From contig CBDDFZ010000001.1 in NCBI GenBank assembly GCA_965227515.1, positions 1,024,001 through 1,088,000 of the forward strand: a stretch of 64,000 bases of DNA. Direction: 5' to 3'. Positions 41,184 to 51,615 of this stretch are shown here, piece by piece. Every line of letters starts with the position of its first letter. Position 1 is the first letter of the stretch. A program made the position numbers and the translations under genes. The notes beneath the pieces are model-generated. The model was not told where the DNA came from and made no database searches. It saw only the letters and a program-made list of their open reading frames with translations. Source of the stretch: Alphaproteobacteria bacterium. GTDB taxonomy: Bacteria > Pseudomonadota > Alphaproteobacteria > CALKHQ01.

Positions 41184-42227
41184 TCAGTCCCGCGTGCGCG
41201 CCGCGTTGGCGAGGTCGAAGCCCCAGCGGCCCTCTTGCCCCACCGCCAGCCCGGCGGTGGCGGAGGCGGGCAGCTCGGCGGTCAGCGTGGTCTCGCCGGC
41301 GCGCAGATGGAACTGGGTGCGCGAGCCCAGCATGTAATCGCTGTCGATCCGCGCGGTGAACGCGACGTCGGCCGCGCCGCCCTCGCCCAACGGCCGCAGG
41401 TGCTCGGGCCGCACCACCAGATAGGCGGCGTCCGAGCCGGCATCGGCGGGCAGGGCCGCGCCGAGCTCCGGCAGGCCGCCATCGGCGATCCGGAAGATGT
41501 TCACCTCGCCCATGAACTCGGCGACGAAGCGGGATGTCGGCTGGCTGTAGATTTCTTGCGGCGCACCGATCTGCACGATCCGGCCGTCGCGCATGATCGC
41601 GATCCGGTCCGACATCACCATCGCCTCTTCCAGGCTGTGGGTGATGTAGATGAAGGTCTTGCCGGTGCGCCGGTGCAGGTCCTTCATCTCGACTTCCAGG
41701 ATCTTGCGCAGCCGGTAGTCGATGGCCGACAGCGGCTCGTCGAAGAACAGGATCTCGGGGTCGGAGGCAAGCGCGCGGGCCAGCGCCACGCGCTGCCGCT
41801 CGCCGCCCGAGCACTGGGTCACCGCGCGGCCGTAGTAGCTATCCGGCAGGCGGACCAGGGCCATCAGCTCCAGCGCACGGGCCCGCCTGGTCGGCTTGTC
41901 CACCCGCTTCATCTTCAGCGAGAACTCGATGTTCTCGCCCACCGAGCGGTGGTTGAACAGCGCCAGCGACTGGAAGACCATGCAGGTCGGCCGCTTGTTG
42001 GCCGGCATGGTGGTGATGTCGGCACCGCGCAGCCGCACGGCGCCGCTGTCCACGGTCTCCAGCCCGGCCAGCACGCGGATCAGCGTCGACTTGCCGCTGC
42101 CGGACGGCCCGACGACCGTGAAGAACTCGCCCTCCGCGATCGCCAGCGACACGTCGTCGACCGCATGGATATCACCGAAGGTGCGGTTCAGGCGGTCCAG
42201 CGCCAGGAATGGGGTCGCGTCAGTCAT
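41184..42227 (-). CDS. PotA-like ABC ATPase
   Basis: [38 protein letters not shown]-term. Confidence 0.9.
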   Translation of the reverse strand: MTDATPFLALDRLNRTFGDIHAVDDVSLAIAEGEFFTVVGPSGSGKSTLIRVLAGLETVDSGAVRLRGADITTMPANKRPTCMVFQSLALFNHRSVGENIEFSLKMKRVDKPTRRARALELMALVRLPDSYYGRAVTQCSGGERQRVALARALASDPEILFFDEPLSAIDYRLRKILEVEMKDLHRRTGKTFIYITHSLEEAMVMSDRIAIMRDGRIVQIGAPQEIYSQPTSRFVAEFMGEVNIFRIADGGLPELGAALPADAGSDAAYLVVRPEHLRPLGEGGAADVAFTARIDSDYMLGSRTQFHLRAGETTLTAELPASATAGLAVGQEGRWGFDLANAARTRD

Positions 42228-42314
42228 TGCGCGCAACGACGCAACGCCCTCACCCGGAACCCGGATGAGGGCGCAGCATTGTCAGACTTGCTGCCGAAAT
42301 GAACGGTCGACAGG

Positions 42315-43517
42315 TCAACCCCGCTCGCGCACGGCGGCGGCGTAGATGTCGTACAGCCGGTCGTAGTCGGGCACGATGTCGAACTCGGTCGCGTTGGCGA
42401 TGCGCTCGTCGAACTCGTCCCACTGCAGCGCGTCGAGCTGCTCGGTGGTGAACTTGGAGATCACCTCCTCCTGCGCCATCTGGCTGACCGGCTGCAGATT
42501 GCCGTTGCCGTTGGCCACGATGTAGGCGGCGTCCGGCGTGGTGATCCACTCCAGGAAGTCGATCGCCGCGTCCAGCGGCTCGGGGTTGGCGACCGCCGAG
42601 TTGAGCTCGATCCAGTTGATGCCGCCCTTGCCGTCGGCCGGGCCGCTGTTCGGGGTGATCGCGTAGAGGTTGGTCGCACCCTCCAGCCGGGCCGACGTCA
42701 CCGAATAGGTGCCGCCGGTGACGTAGGCGTCGATCTCGCCGTTCAGCATCGCCAGGTTGAGCTGCACGAAGTCGGTGGTGATCAGCTTGGCGTTGTCGAT
42801 CCACATCTTCGCCGTCGCCTCGAACTTGGCGATCTCGTCCTCGGTCTTCTCGCGGAACGGATGCACGCCAGCACCCATGCAGATGTCCATCACGTTCCAG
42901 TCCTCGTAGGCCAGGATGCCGTAGCGGTCGGCGAAGTCCGGATTGTTGAACAGGTCCCAGCCCTCGTCCTTGGCGGTCGCCGGCGAGATGACGTCGGTAT
43001 TGACCACGAAGTCGAAGGTCTCGAAGCGTTGCACCACGCCCAGCAGGTGCGCGTTGTCCTCGCTCATCGACCAGTAGTAGGGCGGCGCGAACTTCTCGAA
43101 CATCTGCTCGTAGAGCGGAAAGAACCGGTCCTGCGGCAGCTCGCGGATCAGGCCCTCCGGCCACAGCTGCTTGCGTGCCCAGGGGTTGTTGATGTTGATG
43201 AAGTCCCACACCGTGGTCTCGCCAGCGCGCAGCCGGTTGACCGAGGTCGGGTCGGAGATATGGATCTCGTAGCGGATGTCGCCGCCGGTCTCTTCGCGCC
43301 ACATATCGAGCAGGCGCGGGTCGGCGTACGCGTCCCAGGTCAGCAGCGACAGCGGGCGGTCCTGCGCCATCGCGCTGCGGCCGCCGAGTGCCGCGGCGCC
43401 GGCCGCCGCACCCATGCCGGCCAGCACCTGCCGGCGGGTCGCCTGCATCGACCGCAGGCCCATGTCGCGGACCGGGTTGCGGGCGGCGAGCGCCCCAAGC
43501 TTGCGTTCAAAATCCAT
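42315..43517 (-). CDS. PotD/PotF-like substrate-binding protein with Tat signal
   Basis: TRRQVLAG..AMA-Q, LLTWDAYAD. Confidence 0.83.
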   Translation of the reverse strand: MDFERKLGALAARNPVRDMGLRSMQATRRQVLAGMGAAAGAAALGGRSAMAQDRPLSLLTWDAYADPRLLDMWREETGGDIRYEIHISDPTSVNRLRAGETTVWDFININNPWARKQLWPEGLIRELPQDRFFPLYEQMFEKFAPPYYWSMSEDNAHLLGVVQRFETFDFVVNTDVISPATAKDEGWDLFNNPDFADRYGILAYEDWNVMDICMGAGVHPFREKTEDEIAKFEATAKMWIDNAKLITTDFVQLNLAMLNGEIDAYVTGGTYSVTSARLEGATNLYAITPNSGPADGKGGINWIELNSAVANPEPLDAAIDFLEWITTPDAAYIVANGNGNLQPVSQMAQEEVISKFTTEQLDALQWDEFDERIANATEFDIVPDYDRLYDIYAAAVRERG

Positions 43518-43549
43518 GACATCCCCCTGCTGGCTGTAGGTCGGAATAG

Positions 43550-43573
43550 GTGTTCGCACATATGTGCGAACAC
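43550..43573. promoter_or_regulatory. perfect 24-bp palindrome, probable operator
   Basis: GTGTTCGCACATATGTGCGAACAC, about 30 bp upstream of the ABC operon start. Confidence 0.65.
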
Positions 43574-43687
43574 GTGCACGCGCCGCATTATCGCGTCGCG
43601 GTTGGCGGTTTGTCTACCGTCGTGGGTGCACTGCAACATGGGGCCGGCGCCACGGCACCGCCCCATGCCGGCAAATCGGAACGCGGC

Positions 43688-44554
43688 CTACACCGTGCGC
43701 CGGGCCGCGTCCCACTCCGATTCCATGAAGGTCTTGGCGCGCGCGGCGAGGTCGCGGCTGTCGCTCCACAGGTTCCGCCAGACCGCCAGCGCGGTCGACA
43801 ATTGCGGGTCGACCACGGCCGACGAGAAGGATTCGAAAACGATCGCGCCGTCATAGGCGATCTCGTGCAGGGCGCGGAACACGGCGGTGAAGTCGATGGT
43901 GCCGGTGCCCAGATATCCGCGATGGCTCTCACCGATGTGCACGTAGCCCAGGTGCGGGGCGCAGTCGCGCAACGCCTTGCCCAGCACGCCGTCCTCGATG
44001 TTCATGTGATAGGTGTCGGCGTGGACCACGATGTTGTCGGCGCCGATTTCGTCGATAAAGGCGGAGGCCTGCGCCAGCGTGTTCAGCAGGTTGGTCTCGT
44101 AGCGGTTCACCGCTTCCAGCCCCAGCGTGATGCCCGATGCCTTGGCGTTCTCGGCCAGCCGGGCGAGCACGGCGGCGCAGTTGGCGCGGCCCTGGGCGCT
44201 CGGCGGGTGGCCGTACTTGCCCAGCGCCGAATAGATCACGCCGCCCATGTATTTCGACCCGATGTCGCGGGTGACCGCCAGCGCGTCGTTCAGTAGCGCC
44301 TCGCCCCGCGCGACCGCATCCGGGTTCTCGCTGGAGATGTCGCTGTCGAAGGCGAGGCCCAGCGAGCAGGTCGCGGTGATGCCATGGCTCTCGAGCTGGC
44401 GCTGGGTGCGCGCGGCATCCACCTTGGCCGGGTCGAGCAGCGGGATCTCGATCAGGTCGTAGCCGAGTTCCGCGGTGCCGGCGATCGCGCGTTCGCTTTC
44501 GTCGGCCGACCAGCCGCCGACCCAGACCAATGCATGCACACCGAATATGCTCAC
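43688..44554 (-). CDS. D-psicose/D-tagatose 3-epimerase family
   Basis: LEAVNRYET, DTYHMNIE, HIGESHRGYLGTG, FESF, VWR. Confidence 0.88.
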   Translation of the reverse strand: MSIFGVHALVWVGGWSADESERAIAGTAELGYDLIEIPLLDPAKVDAARTQRQLESHGITATCSLGLAFDSDISSENPDAVARGEALLNDALAVTRDIGSKYMGGVIYSALGKYGHPPSAQGRANCAAVLARLAENAKASGITLGLEAVNRYETNLLNTLAQASAFIDEIGADNIVVHADTYHMNIEDGVLGKALRDCAPHLGYVHIGESHRGYLGTGTIDFTAVFRALHEIAYDGAIVFESFSSAVVDPQLSTALAVWRNLWSDSRDLAARAKTFMESEWDAARRTV

Positions 44555-44687
44555 CGTGTTCCTCCCATTTCGCGATAGTTGGTTGTCGCCGCAATCATGC
44601 ATATTGCGACGACGGGGCCGCACGGAAAATCTGCGGCGGCCACTCGATTTCGAACAGATACCAACGACAACGACGGGGGGCGGATTG

Positions 44688-45476
44688 ATGGATCAAGACC
44701 GGGCGCGCAGGGCCAGCGACACGATCTGGCGGCACTGGCAGGACGGCACGGTGATGGACGCACTGGATACGGACCTGGCGCCGGCGTCCCGCGCGGACGG
44801 TTACGCGATCCAGGCCGGGCTGGAGGCGTTCTCCAAGCAGCCGCGGGCCGGCTGGAAGATCGCGGCCACCAGCGAGGCCGGCCAGAAGCACATCAATGTC
44901 GACGGGCCGCTGGCCGGGCGGCTGCTGACCGAGCGGCTGGCCGACGACGGCGCCGAGTTCTCCATCGAGGGCAATCGCATGCGGGTCTGCGAGCCGGAGT
45001 TCGGGTTCCGCTTCGCGCGCGACATCGCGCCCCGCGAGACGCCTTATACGGTCGATGAGGTGATGGCGGCGACCGGGGACCTGCATCCGACGTTCGAGCT
45101 GCCAGATTCCCGCTACACCGATTTCACCGTGGTGGGGGCCGCGGCCTTGATCGCCGACGACGCCTGCGCGCGCGACCTGATGGTGGGGCCTGCGGCCAGC
45201 GCCGACTGGCGCAGCATGGACCTCGCCCGGCACAAGGTCTCGGCCTCGGTGGAGGGGCGGATCGACCGCGAGGGCACCGGTGCCACCGTGCTCGGCGATC
45301 CAAGGGTCGCGCTCACCTGGCTGGTCAACGAGGTCGGCTCCCTCGGCATCACGATCCGCGCCGGCGAGCTGGTCACCACCGGCACCTGCATGATCCCACT
45401 GGCGCTCGAACCCGGCGACCGGGTGACCGCGGACTACGGCGCGCTTGGCCAGCTCAGTATGACGGTCTCGAGCTAG
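44688..45476 (+). CDS. 2-keto-4-pentenoate hydratase/FAH-family protein
   Basis: GYAIQ, GWKIAATS, EPEF, ELPDSR, LGDP..ALTWL, VTTGT. Confidence 0.85.
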   Translation: MDQDRARRASDTIWRHWQDGTVMDALDTDLAPASRADGYAIQAGLEAFSKQPRAGWKIAATSEAGQKHINVDGPLAGRLLTERLADDGAEFSIEGNRMRVCEPEFGFRFARDIAPRETPYTVDEVMAATGDLHPTFELPDSRYTDFTVVGAAALIADDACARDLMVGPAASADWRSMDLARHKVSASVEGRIDREGTGATVLGDPRVALTWLVNEVGSLGITIRAGELVTTGTCMIPLALEPGDRVTADYGALGQLSMTVSS

Positions 45477-46845
45477 CGCGGGACGGGGTCCGAGCTGCGA
45501 ACTCGATCACGACCCTCAGCCCCGGGCCGTTGTCTTCGAGCGCCAGCCGGCCCTCGTGCAAGTCGACAATGGCCGCCACCAGGCTGAGGCCGAGCCCGCT
45601 CCCCGGCGTCGTGCGGCTGCGCTCCAGCCGGTAGAGGCGGCGCAGCACGTTCTCGCGCTCGCCTTCGGGAATGCCCGGCCCGCTGTCCGCGACGACGAGC
45701 CGAACCGTGCCGCTGCCGGCACTGACGCCGACCTCGATGTCCCCGCCCGCTGGTGCGTGGCGCAGCGCATTCTCGATCAGGTTGGCGAACACCTGCCCCA
45801 GCAGCGCCTTGTCGCCCGCGACGGCCGTCGATGCATCGGCAACGTTGCACGAGAGACGGTGGCCGCTGTCTTCGGCGGCGGGTTCGTAGACCTCGCAGAA
45901 CGTCCGTGCCAGGCCGCCCAGGTCGACGTCGGCGAAGCGGTTTCGCGCCGACCCGCCCTCGATCTGCGCAATCTGCAGCAGCGCCTGGAATGTCTGCACG
46001 ATGCCCCGGGTCTCGGCGACGGCCTGATCCGCCAGTTCTCGGGAGGGGTCCGACAACTCCGGCCGCGCGCTCAGCTTGTCGAGCAAGACCGTGACCCGCT
46101 GGATCGGCGTCTTGAGGTCATGGGCGATGTCGGTGGAGACTTGCCGCAAGGACGCGATCTGCCGTTCCTGGGCGTCGGCCATGCGGTTGATGCGGCCGCC
46201 GATCCGGCCCAGGTCGTCAGTGTGGCCTGACGGGGCGTCTACCCGTGCCGCGAAGTCGCCGCTGGTCAGGCGGTCCAGGGTGGCCTCGATACCGGCCAGG
46301 CGTCTGGCCGACCTTCGCGCCAGCAGAACGCCGCCGCCGATGACGAGCACGGCCGTCGGCACCAGGCTGAATAGGAAGACGGACAGGAACGCCTCGCCCA
46401 GGTCGTCCAGCAGTTCGGCACTGACCGCAACGGTCAGCACGCCGCCATGGACGGTCTCGGTCAGCGCCAGATAGTCGCCGTCGATGCCGGCGCGGCCCTC
46501 GTCGTCATCGTCGAAAGCGATGGCGCGATAACCCTCCTCGCCCACGGGGAGTGCAGCGGTGCCGACCTGTTCGCCGTCGGGCGTCAGATAGCTCAGCAGC
46601 CGATAGTCCGGCGAGGTGCCCCGCGACTGTGACTGCACCAGATCGGCAATGGCGCCTGCGTCGGGCAGTGCCCTGAAGCCCGCCATCTCGTGGTCCAGGG
46701 TGGTCCGCAGCGTCTCCTGGGCGTTGTCGCGGACGATGGCGAACGTCGCCGCCAGGCTGACCAGGCTGACCGCCGCGAACAGGGCCGCGATGGCGACCGA
46801 GAGCCGGAGCGGCGTCGATTTCCAGACTTGGGCGCTGCCGAACAC
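45454..46845 (-). CDS. HAMP sensor histidine kinase
   Basis: Two TM segments, IAHDLKTP, NLIENALRH, DSGPGI, GSGLGL. Confidence 0.92.
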   Translation of the reverse strand: MFGSAQVWKSTPLRLSVAIAALFAAVSLVSLAATFAIVRDNAQETLRTTLDHEMAGFRALPDAGAIADLVQSQSRGTSPDYRLLSYLTPDGEQVGTAALPVGEEGYRAIAFDDDDEGRAGIDGDYLALTETVHGGVLTVAVSAELLDDLGEAFLSVFLFSLVPTAVLVIGGGVLLARRSARRLAGIEATLDRLTSGDFAARVDAPSGHTDDLGRIGGRINRMADAQERQIASLRQVSTDIAHDLKTPIQRVTVLLDKLSARPELSDPSRELADQAVAETRGIVQTFQALLQIAQIEGGSARNRFADVDLGGLARTFCEVYEPAAEDSGHRLSCNVADASTAVAGDKALLGQVFANLIENALRHAPAGGDIEVGVSAGSGTVRLVVADSGPGIPEGERENVLRRLYRLERSRTTPGSGLGLSLVAAIVDLHEGRLALEDNGPGLRVVIEFAARTPSRASSRPSY

Positions 46846-46849
46846 GGCA

Positions 46850-47521
46850 TCACTCCTCGATGCGATAGCCGGAGCCGCGCACGGTCTTGATCAGCTCGGT
46901 CTCGAACGGCTTGTCGACCTTCGCCCGCAGGCGGCTGATTTGCGTCTCGACCACGTTGGTGTGGGTGTCGAAGCTGATGTCCCAGATGGCTTCCAGCAGC
47001 ATGGTCCGGGTTTGCACCCTGCCCTTGCGGCGCAGCAGGTGCTCCAGCATCGCGAACTCGCGCGGCAACAGGTCGATCGCCTGGCCGGCGCGGGTCACCT
47101 GTCGCCGGACCAGGTCCATCTCCAGGTCGCCGGCACGCAGCACGGTTTCCTGCTGGGTCGTGCGCGGCCGGCGGGCCAGTGCCGCGACCCGCGCCGAAAG
47201 CTCGCCGAACGCGAACGGCTTGACCAGATAGTCGTCGCCGCCGGCGTTCAGCCCCTCGATGCGGTCATCGACGCCGCCGAGCGAGGTCAGGAACAGGGCG
47301 GGGGTCTCGTTGCCCGCGCCGCGCAGGGTCTTGACCAGCGACATGCCGTCCAGGCCGGGCAGCATCCGGTCGACGATCAGCAGGTCGTAGTCCGACACGC
47401 TGGCCTTAACCAGCCCGTCGCGGCCGTCCTCGATCAGGTCGACAATGTGCCCTTCCTCGCGCAGCCCGTCTGCGATGTAGGCGCCGGTGGTCTTGTCGTC
47501 CTCGATGACGAGTATCTTCAT
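46850..47521 (-). CDS. OmpR/CusR-like response regulator
   Basis: VIEDD, DRMLPGLDG, DDYLVKPF, IKTVRGSGY. Confidence 0.93.
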   Translation of the reverse strand: MKILVIEDDKTTGAYIADGLREEGHIVDLIEDGRDGLVKASVSDYDLLIVDRMLPGLDGMSLVKTLRGAGNETPALFLTSLGGVDDRIEGLNAGGDDYLVKPFAFGELSARVAALARRPRTTQQETVLRAGDLEMDLVRRQVTRAGQAIDLLPREFAMLEHLLRRKGRVQTRTMLLEAIWDISFDTHTNVVETQISRLRAKVDKPFETELIKTVRGSGYRIEE

Positions 47522-47537
47522 GTCCGCCTGCCGTCGT

Positions 47538-47561
47538 GGTGGCCCCAACGAAGGGGCCACC
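47538..47561 (-). terminator. stem-loop between PepSY gene and regulator
   Basis: GGTGGCCCC-AACGAA-GGGGCCACC. Confidence 0.5.
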
Positions 47562-47594
47562 GGTTTCCTGCCACGGTTTTCAAGACATTACGAC

Positions 47595-47990
47595 CTAGTC
47601 GTCGTCCTCCTCGTCGTCATCATCCTCGTCCTCATCTTCCTCGTCGTCTTCGTCCTCCTCATCTTCGTCATCGTCTTCGTCGACCTCGGCCACCATCGTG
47701 CCATCGGCCAGCGTGTAGAGCATGTCCTGCTCCGAGCCGTCGGCCATCATGATCTCGAATTCGACGACGCCGTCGCCCGGGGTATCATCGCTGTATTCCG
47801 CGCCAGTGACCGTGCCGCCGGTCTGTGCCTCGACATCCGCGACGACCTCGGCCACGGCGGGATTGTCGGCCAGGAACGCCTGCAGCGCCTCCGGCGTGTC
47901 ATTGCCTGACGCAAAGGCGAGCGAGCCGGTGAAGGCCGACACGCCGACGAGGGCGGAGGTGGCGGCGAGAATGATCTTGTTGCGGGTCAT
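47595..47990 (-). CDS. exported PepSY-like protein with poly-Asp/Glu tail
   Basis: AAGGAG RBS, signal peptide AFA, VEAQTGGTVTGAEY..VEFEI, terminal run of 28 D/E. Confidence 0.8.
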   Translation of the reverse strand: MTRNKIILAATSALVGVSAFTGSLAFASGNDTPEALQAFLADNPAVAEVVADVEAQTGGTVTGAEYSDDTPGDGVVEFEIMMADGSEQDMLYTLADGTMVAEVDEDDDEDEEDEDDEEDEDEDDDDEEDDD

Positions 47991-48079
47991 GATGTTCTCC
48001 TTGGGTCGTATTCGGCGGGGCCATCCCGTCCGATGAGTTCGATCTAAGGAGCGGCGTTCACGTGGCCCTGACGGCCCGA

Positions 48080-48093
48080 TTACATCTGTGTAA
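48080..48093. promoter_or_regulatory. TTACA-N4-TGTAA inverted repeat, candidate site for the response regulator
   Basis: About 90 bp upstream of the PepSY gene; resembles CopR/CusR-type boxes. Confidence 0.45.
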
Positions 48094-48489
48094 AGTCGAC
48101 AACGCGCGCATAACAACGGGCCGCCGGCTCGGGTCAGGCGCGCCGGGAAGATGCGGACAGACTTTCGGCCGTGGCTGGCCTTCCTGGATACAGTTCGAAC
48201 CGAGCGTTACCAGGAAATTGTGGGTCTGGGGTCGGGGATTCTGGTCCTAGAGCTAAAGGCGACGGCGTGAGCCGGCCGGTAGAGGCCGGGCATTCTACGC
48301 CGTTGGCCCAGTCTGGCGGGCAGAACCCGGCACATGATTGGCTGAGCGTAGTCCAATACCTCGCTGAGACCGATATCAACGGTGAAACCCCAAAGGACGG
48401 CCGGCATCGATGTTGCCGCTGACGTGTCCGATCTCACTACGGGAACCTGCAGGGTGAGGGGAGCACCTGCGGCCAGTTGATCGGCGCTA

Positions 48490-49045
48490 TCAAGGCGAAT
48501 TGCCCAGTTCGCACCCCGAGGTGCCTCGATGTCGTTGGATACGGCCAGTTGAACTCGTGAAAGTCACGGGTCGCTCGATATCTGTGGAGCCGACGTCGCC
48601 AAGCGGGCGCTCGCGCTCGATGGGTACGAGGGGAGCAGACACAGCGTTAAATTCGCCCCTGTCGAGGGCGGTCTTCTGCAACGCGGGATTCGGCAGCGCC
48701 GCTTCGACCGCGGTGCTTGAGGCGTTCCACAGCTCCTGCGCCGCTCTCGTGATGGGCTCGATGTCGTTCGAGCCGTCATTCTGAACAGCGGCCGTGAACC
48801 GCGTAATGGCCTTCTTCAGTGCCGTCAGGGTGCTCGCGCTGTCATCGAGGCTCGGCTTCGCAAGATGGGTGTGCACCTTGATCGCGAGTTTCTCCAGCGC
48901 GGATGCGCCGCTGCGACCCGCCGGCCGACCCGATGGGCACGATCCGGGAATCGCCGGAAACGGTATCGCTCATGGGACGCCATGCTAAAGCTCGCCGACC
49001 ACGGCGTCGATGGTCAGGCATTCGCCCGGCGCACCGGCATCGACG
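48490..49045 (-). pseudogene. probable gene remnant of unknown family
   Basis: Helical protein-like frame (ALEKLAIKVHTHL...KKAITRFTAAV) with upstream in-frame stops and no good start. Confidence 0.3.
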
Positions 49046-49048
49046 TCA

Positions 49049-50074
49049 TCACCGTAGGGTAAAGACGGCCTTCTCGGTCTCGCGGTTGTCGAATTTCCGG
49101 AACGCCTCTTCCGCCTCGTCGAGATCGAACAGGTGCGTGGCGAGTTTCGACAGGTCGATGTCGTTCTCCTGCACGGTGCGGACGATGTCGTCGTACTCGG
49201 GCAGGCTGAAGTACCACGACCCGAACACGGTGAGCTGTTTGCGCAGGAGCTGTTCGCTGGTCCGGATCGTGGTTTCGGCCGCCTCGCCGACGAACGCCAC
49301 CTTGCCATAGGGCATGGTCGCATCGAGCGCCATGTTCTGCGCAGCACCATTGCCGGAACAGTCGATGGCGCCGGCAAGCCCCGCCCCACCGGTCAGGTCC
49401 GCCAGTTCCTCCAGCACGGTCGGCGCGGTCGGGTCCACGGTGTGGTCGGCGCCGAGGCCGGCGGCAAACGTACGGCGGTCGGCAATCGGATCGAGCGCGA
49501 TCACGCGCGCCCCCAGCGCCTTGGCCGCGAGCACGCCGGCCGACCCCATCGGCCCCAGGCCCCAGATGCCGATCGTGCCGGCGCCCGATGCGCCCAGCTT
49601 TCGGCAGGCGCTGAACAGGGTGCCGAAGGCATCGGTGGATATGGCGGCGGACACATACGACATCGTGTCCGGCACCCTCAGGCAGTTGCGCTCCGGCACC
49701 ACCAGGTACTCGGCATTGCCGCCGTCGGCGGTGAAGCCCAGGCACTTCCAATGGCCGCACAGGTGCATGTTGCCGGCACGGCACCATGTGCAGGCCCCGC
49801 AGCCGAGCGCGAGGTAGACCGCCACCCTGTCGCCCGCCTTGAAGCGGCTCACACCCTTGCCGACCGCCTCGACGATGCCGGCCGGTTCGTGACCGGTGAC
49901 GCACTTGCCGGCTGCCTCGCCACCCACCACGGCATTGCCGTAGTAGAGGCTGAGATCGCTGCGGCAGATGCACGAGGCCTTCACCGCGATCAGCACGTCG
50001 TTCACGCCGGGCGACGGGTCCGGCACCGAACGTACCTCGACGCGGCGGTCACCCGGCAGAAACACGGCTTTCAT
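49049..50074 (-). CDS. Zn-dependent medium-chain alcohol/polyol dehydrogenase
   Basis: ICRSD, GHE, CGACTWCRAGNMHLC, GLGPMG. Confidence 0.92.
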   Translation of the reverse strand: MKAVFLPGDRRVEVRSVPDPSPGVNDVLIAVKASCICRSDLSLYYGNAVVGGEAAGKCVTGHEPAGIVEAVGKGVSRFKAGDRVAVYLALGCGACTWCRAGNMHLCGHWKCLGFTADGGNAEYLVVPERNCLRVPDTMSYVSAAISTDAFGTLFSACRKLGASGAGTIGIWGLGPMGSAGVLAAKALGARVIALDPIADRRTFAAGLGADHTVDPTAPTVLEELADLTGGAGLAGAIDCSGNGAAQNMALDATMPYGKVAFVGEAAETTIRTSEQLLRKQLTVFGSWYFSLPEYDDIVRTVQENDIDLSKLATHLFDLDEAEEAFRKFDNRETEKAVFTLR

Positions 50075-50108
50075 GGCTTCCCTCCCCAGTCCGCCTTTTT
50101 GCGGCGTG

Positions 50109-51551
50109 TTAGTCCGATACCTCGAGGCATTGCTCCATCGGCCGCACGCTGACGGCGAGCGGCGTCTCCATCCGGTCGGCTTGCGCCTCCCAGTCGTCGA
50201 AGCGGCCATAGGCGGCCCAGATGGTGGAGCCCGACGGCAGCTCAGGATACTCGTTTTCGCCATTGGTGCCCCAGTTGACCCAGCCGCTGTCGTAGCGCTG
50301 GACGATCTGCATCCGCGGCGACGGCCGGTTCATGTAGCGCACGAAGGCATAGCCGGTGCGCGGGCTGTATTCGCAGGTCTTCTGGGCGTTGAGCGCGAAG
50401 ATGGTCTGCTGCGGCACCTTGTTCACGTCGACCGCGTCGTCGGTGTAGTGGAAGTGAGTGTGGTCGCGGTCGCTCCAGACGATCTCGTTGGCCGAGCGCC
50501 AGATCTTCTCTACCTCCGCTTTCAGAACATCTTCCGGCAGCGCCTTCTCGACCGCGCAGAACAGGCGCCAGTAATTGTCCCAGTGCCAGGTGGAGGGGTC
50601 CTGCGCCGGATCTATGCCGAGCCGATCCATCGCCTTGGCCAGCGCTTCCGGCTCGCGCTCCTGCAGGTCGCGCAGCCGCGCCAGCAAGATCTCCGCATAC
50701 AGGTCGCCCTCGCGGTAGGCGGTGCCGCCCTTGTGGCGATAGGTGGAGAGCATCAGGTTCGACTTGCCGCTCTCGATCTCGTCGCCGACGGTGATGCGGT
50801 TGGCGCAGCGCCGACCGTCGATCTCGGTGTCGAAGTCGTCGACGAAGTAGGTGCGGGTGAACAGCGGCGTGCCCACATAGAAGCGCCACACGACCTCGAT
50901 CGTCTTGCCGCGCAGTTCGGGGCGCAGGCCCTCCGGCACGTCGACCGTCATCCGGTACTGGCACGTCACCGGACCCTCGCAGATGACCTCGAAGCTAGCG
51001 ACGGCGTGGGCCGGCGGGTTGATCAGCCCATTCTCCGGCGTAAAGAACGGGCCGTAGACGCCGCCGAAGGCATTGGCGTTGCCGGCGATAAGGTTGATGC
51101 GCTGGTCGGTCTGTTCGAAATGGCGGATGCCCCACTTGCTGGCGCCGTCGCCGCGCGCGGTGCCGGTACACAGTTCCAGCACGTAGCAGCCGGTGTCGAG
51201 ACGGCGGAAGCCGTCACCGAGTTTCGGCTCGAGGATGCGGATGCCGTCCGGTTCGCCGTCCATCGGTTCGTCCGACAGCCAGACCGCATAGCGGCGCCGC
51301 GCCTCTCCGGCTGCCAGGGTCACCGGCAGGCACAGGGTCGCCGACACCGGCGCGCCCTCGGCGTCCGCGTGCCACTGCGTCACCTGCGCCGGCACGCGCC
51401 CGCCCTCGGCATCGGTGACGGCGATACCGTCGCGGTGCGGGCGCACCCGGTCGAGCGAAAGAGTGAACTCCACCGGCTCCGTAATCCTACCGCGACCGAG
51501 CGGATCGACCACGTCAACCGGTATGCAGAATTGCGCCAATGGCTCGGTCAT
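50109..51551 (-). CDS. uncharacterised 480-aa cytoplasmic protein in sugar operon
   Basis: AAGGA RBS, protein-like composition, aromatic-rich, no signal peptide, no motif recognised. Confidence 0.8.
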   Translation of the reverse strand: MTEPLAQFCIPVDVVDPLGRGRITEPVEFTLSLDRVRPHRDGIAVTDAEGGRVPAQVTQWHADAEGAPVSATLCLPVTLAAGEARRRYAVWLSDEPMDGEPDGIRILEPKLGDGFRRLDTGCYVLELCTGTARGDGASKWGIRHFEQTDQRINLIAGNANAFGGVYGPFFTPENGLINPPAHAVASFEVICEGPVTCQYRMTVDVPEGLRPELRGKTIEVVWRFYVGTPLFTRTYFVDDFDTEIDGRRCANRITVGDEIESGKSNLMLSTYRHKGGTAYREGDLYAEILLARLRDLQEREPEALAKAMDRLGIDPAQDPSTWHWDNYWRLFCAVEKALPEDVLKAEVEKIWRSANEIVWSDRDHTHFHYTDDAVDVNKVPQQTIFALNAQKTCEYSPRTGYAFVRYMNRPSPRMQIVQRYDSGWVNWGTNGENEYPELPSGSTIWAAYGRFDDWEAQADRMETPLAVSVRPMEQCLEVSD

Positions 51552-51615
51552 GCCGTTTTCCTTCCGACGTATGTGCTGGCGTGTGCGCTGGCAGGAATGC
51601 GTGCTGACGGGCCGG

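Noticed and set aside
47595-47680. GTC/CTC trinucleotide-like microsatellite
   Set aside because: It is the coding sequence of the poly-D/E tail, with mixed codons
48225-48265. Possible att site, tRNA remnant or IS end (CTAGAGCT...) at the start of accessory DNA
   Set aside because: No cloverleaf, no partner repeat found in the window, match too short
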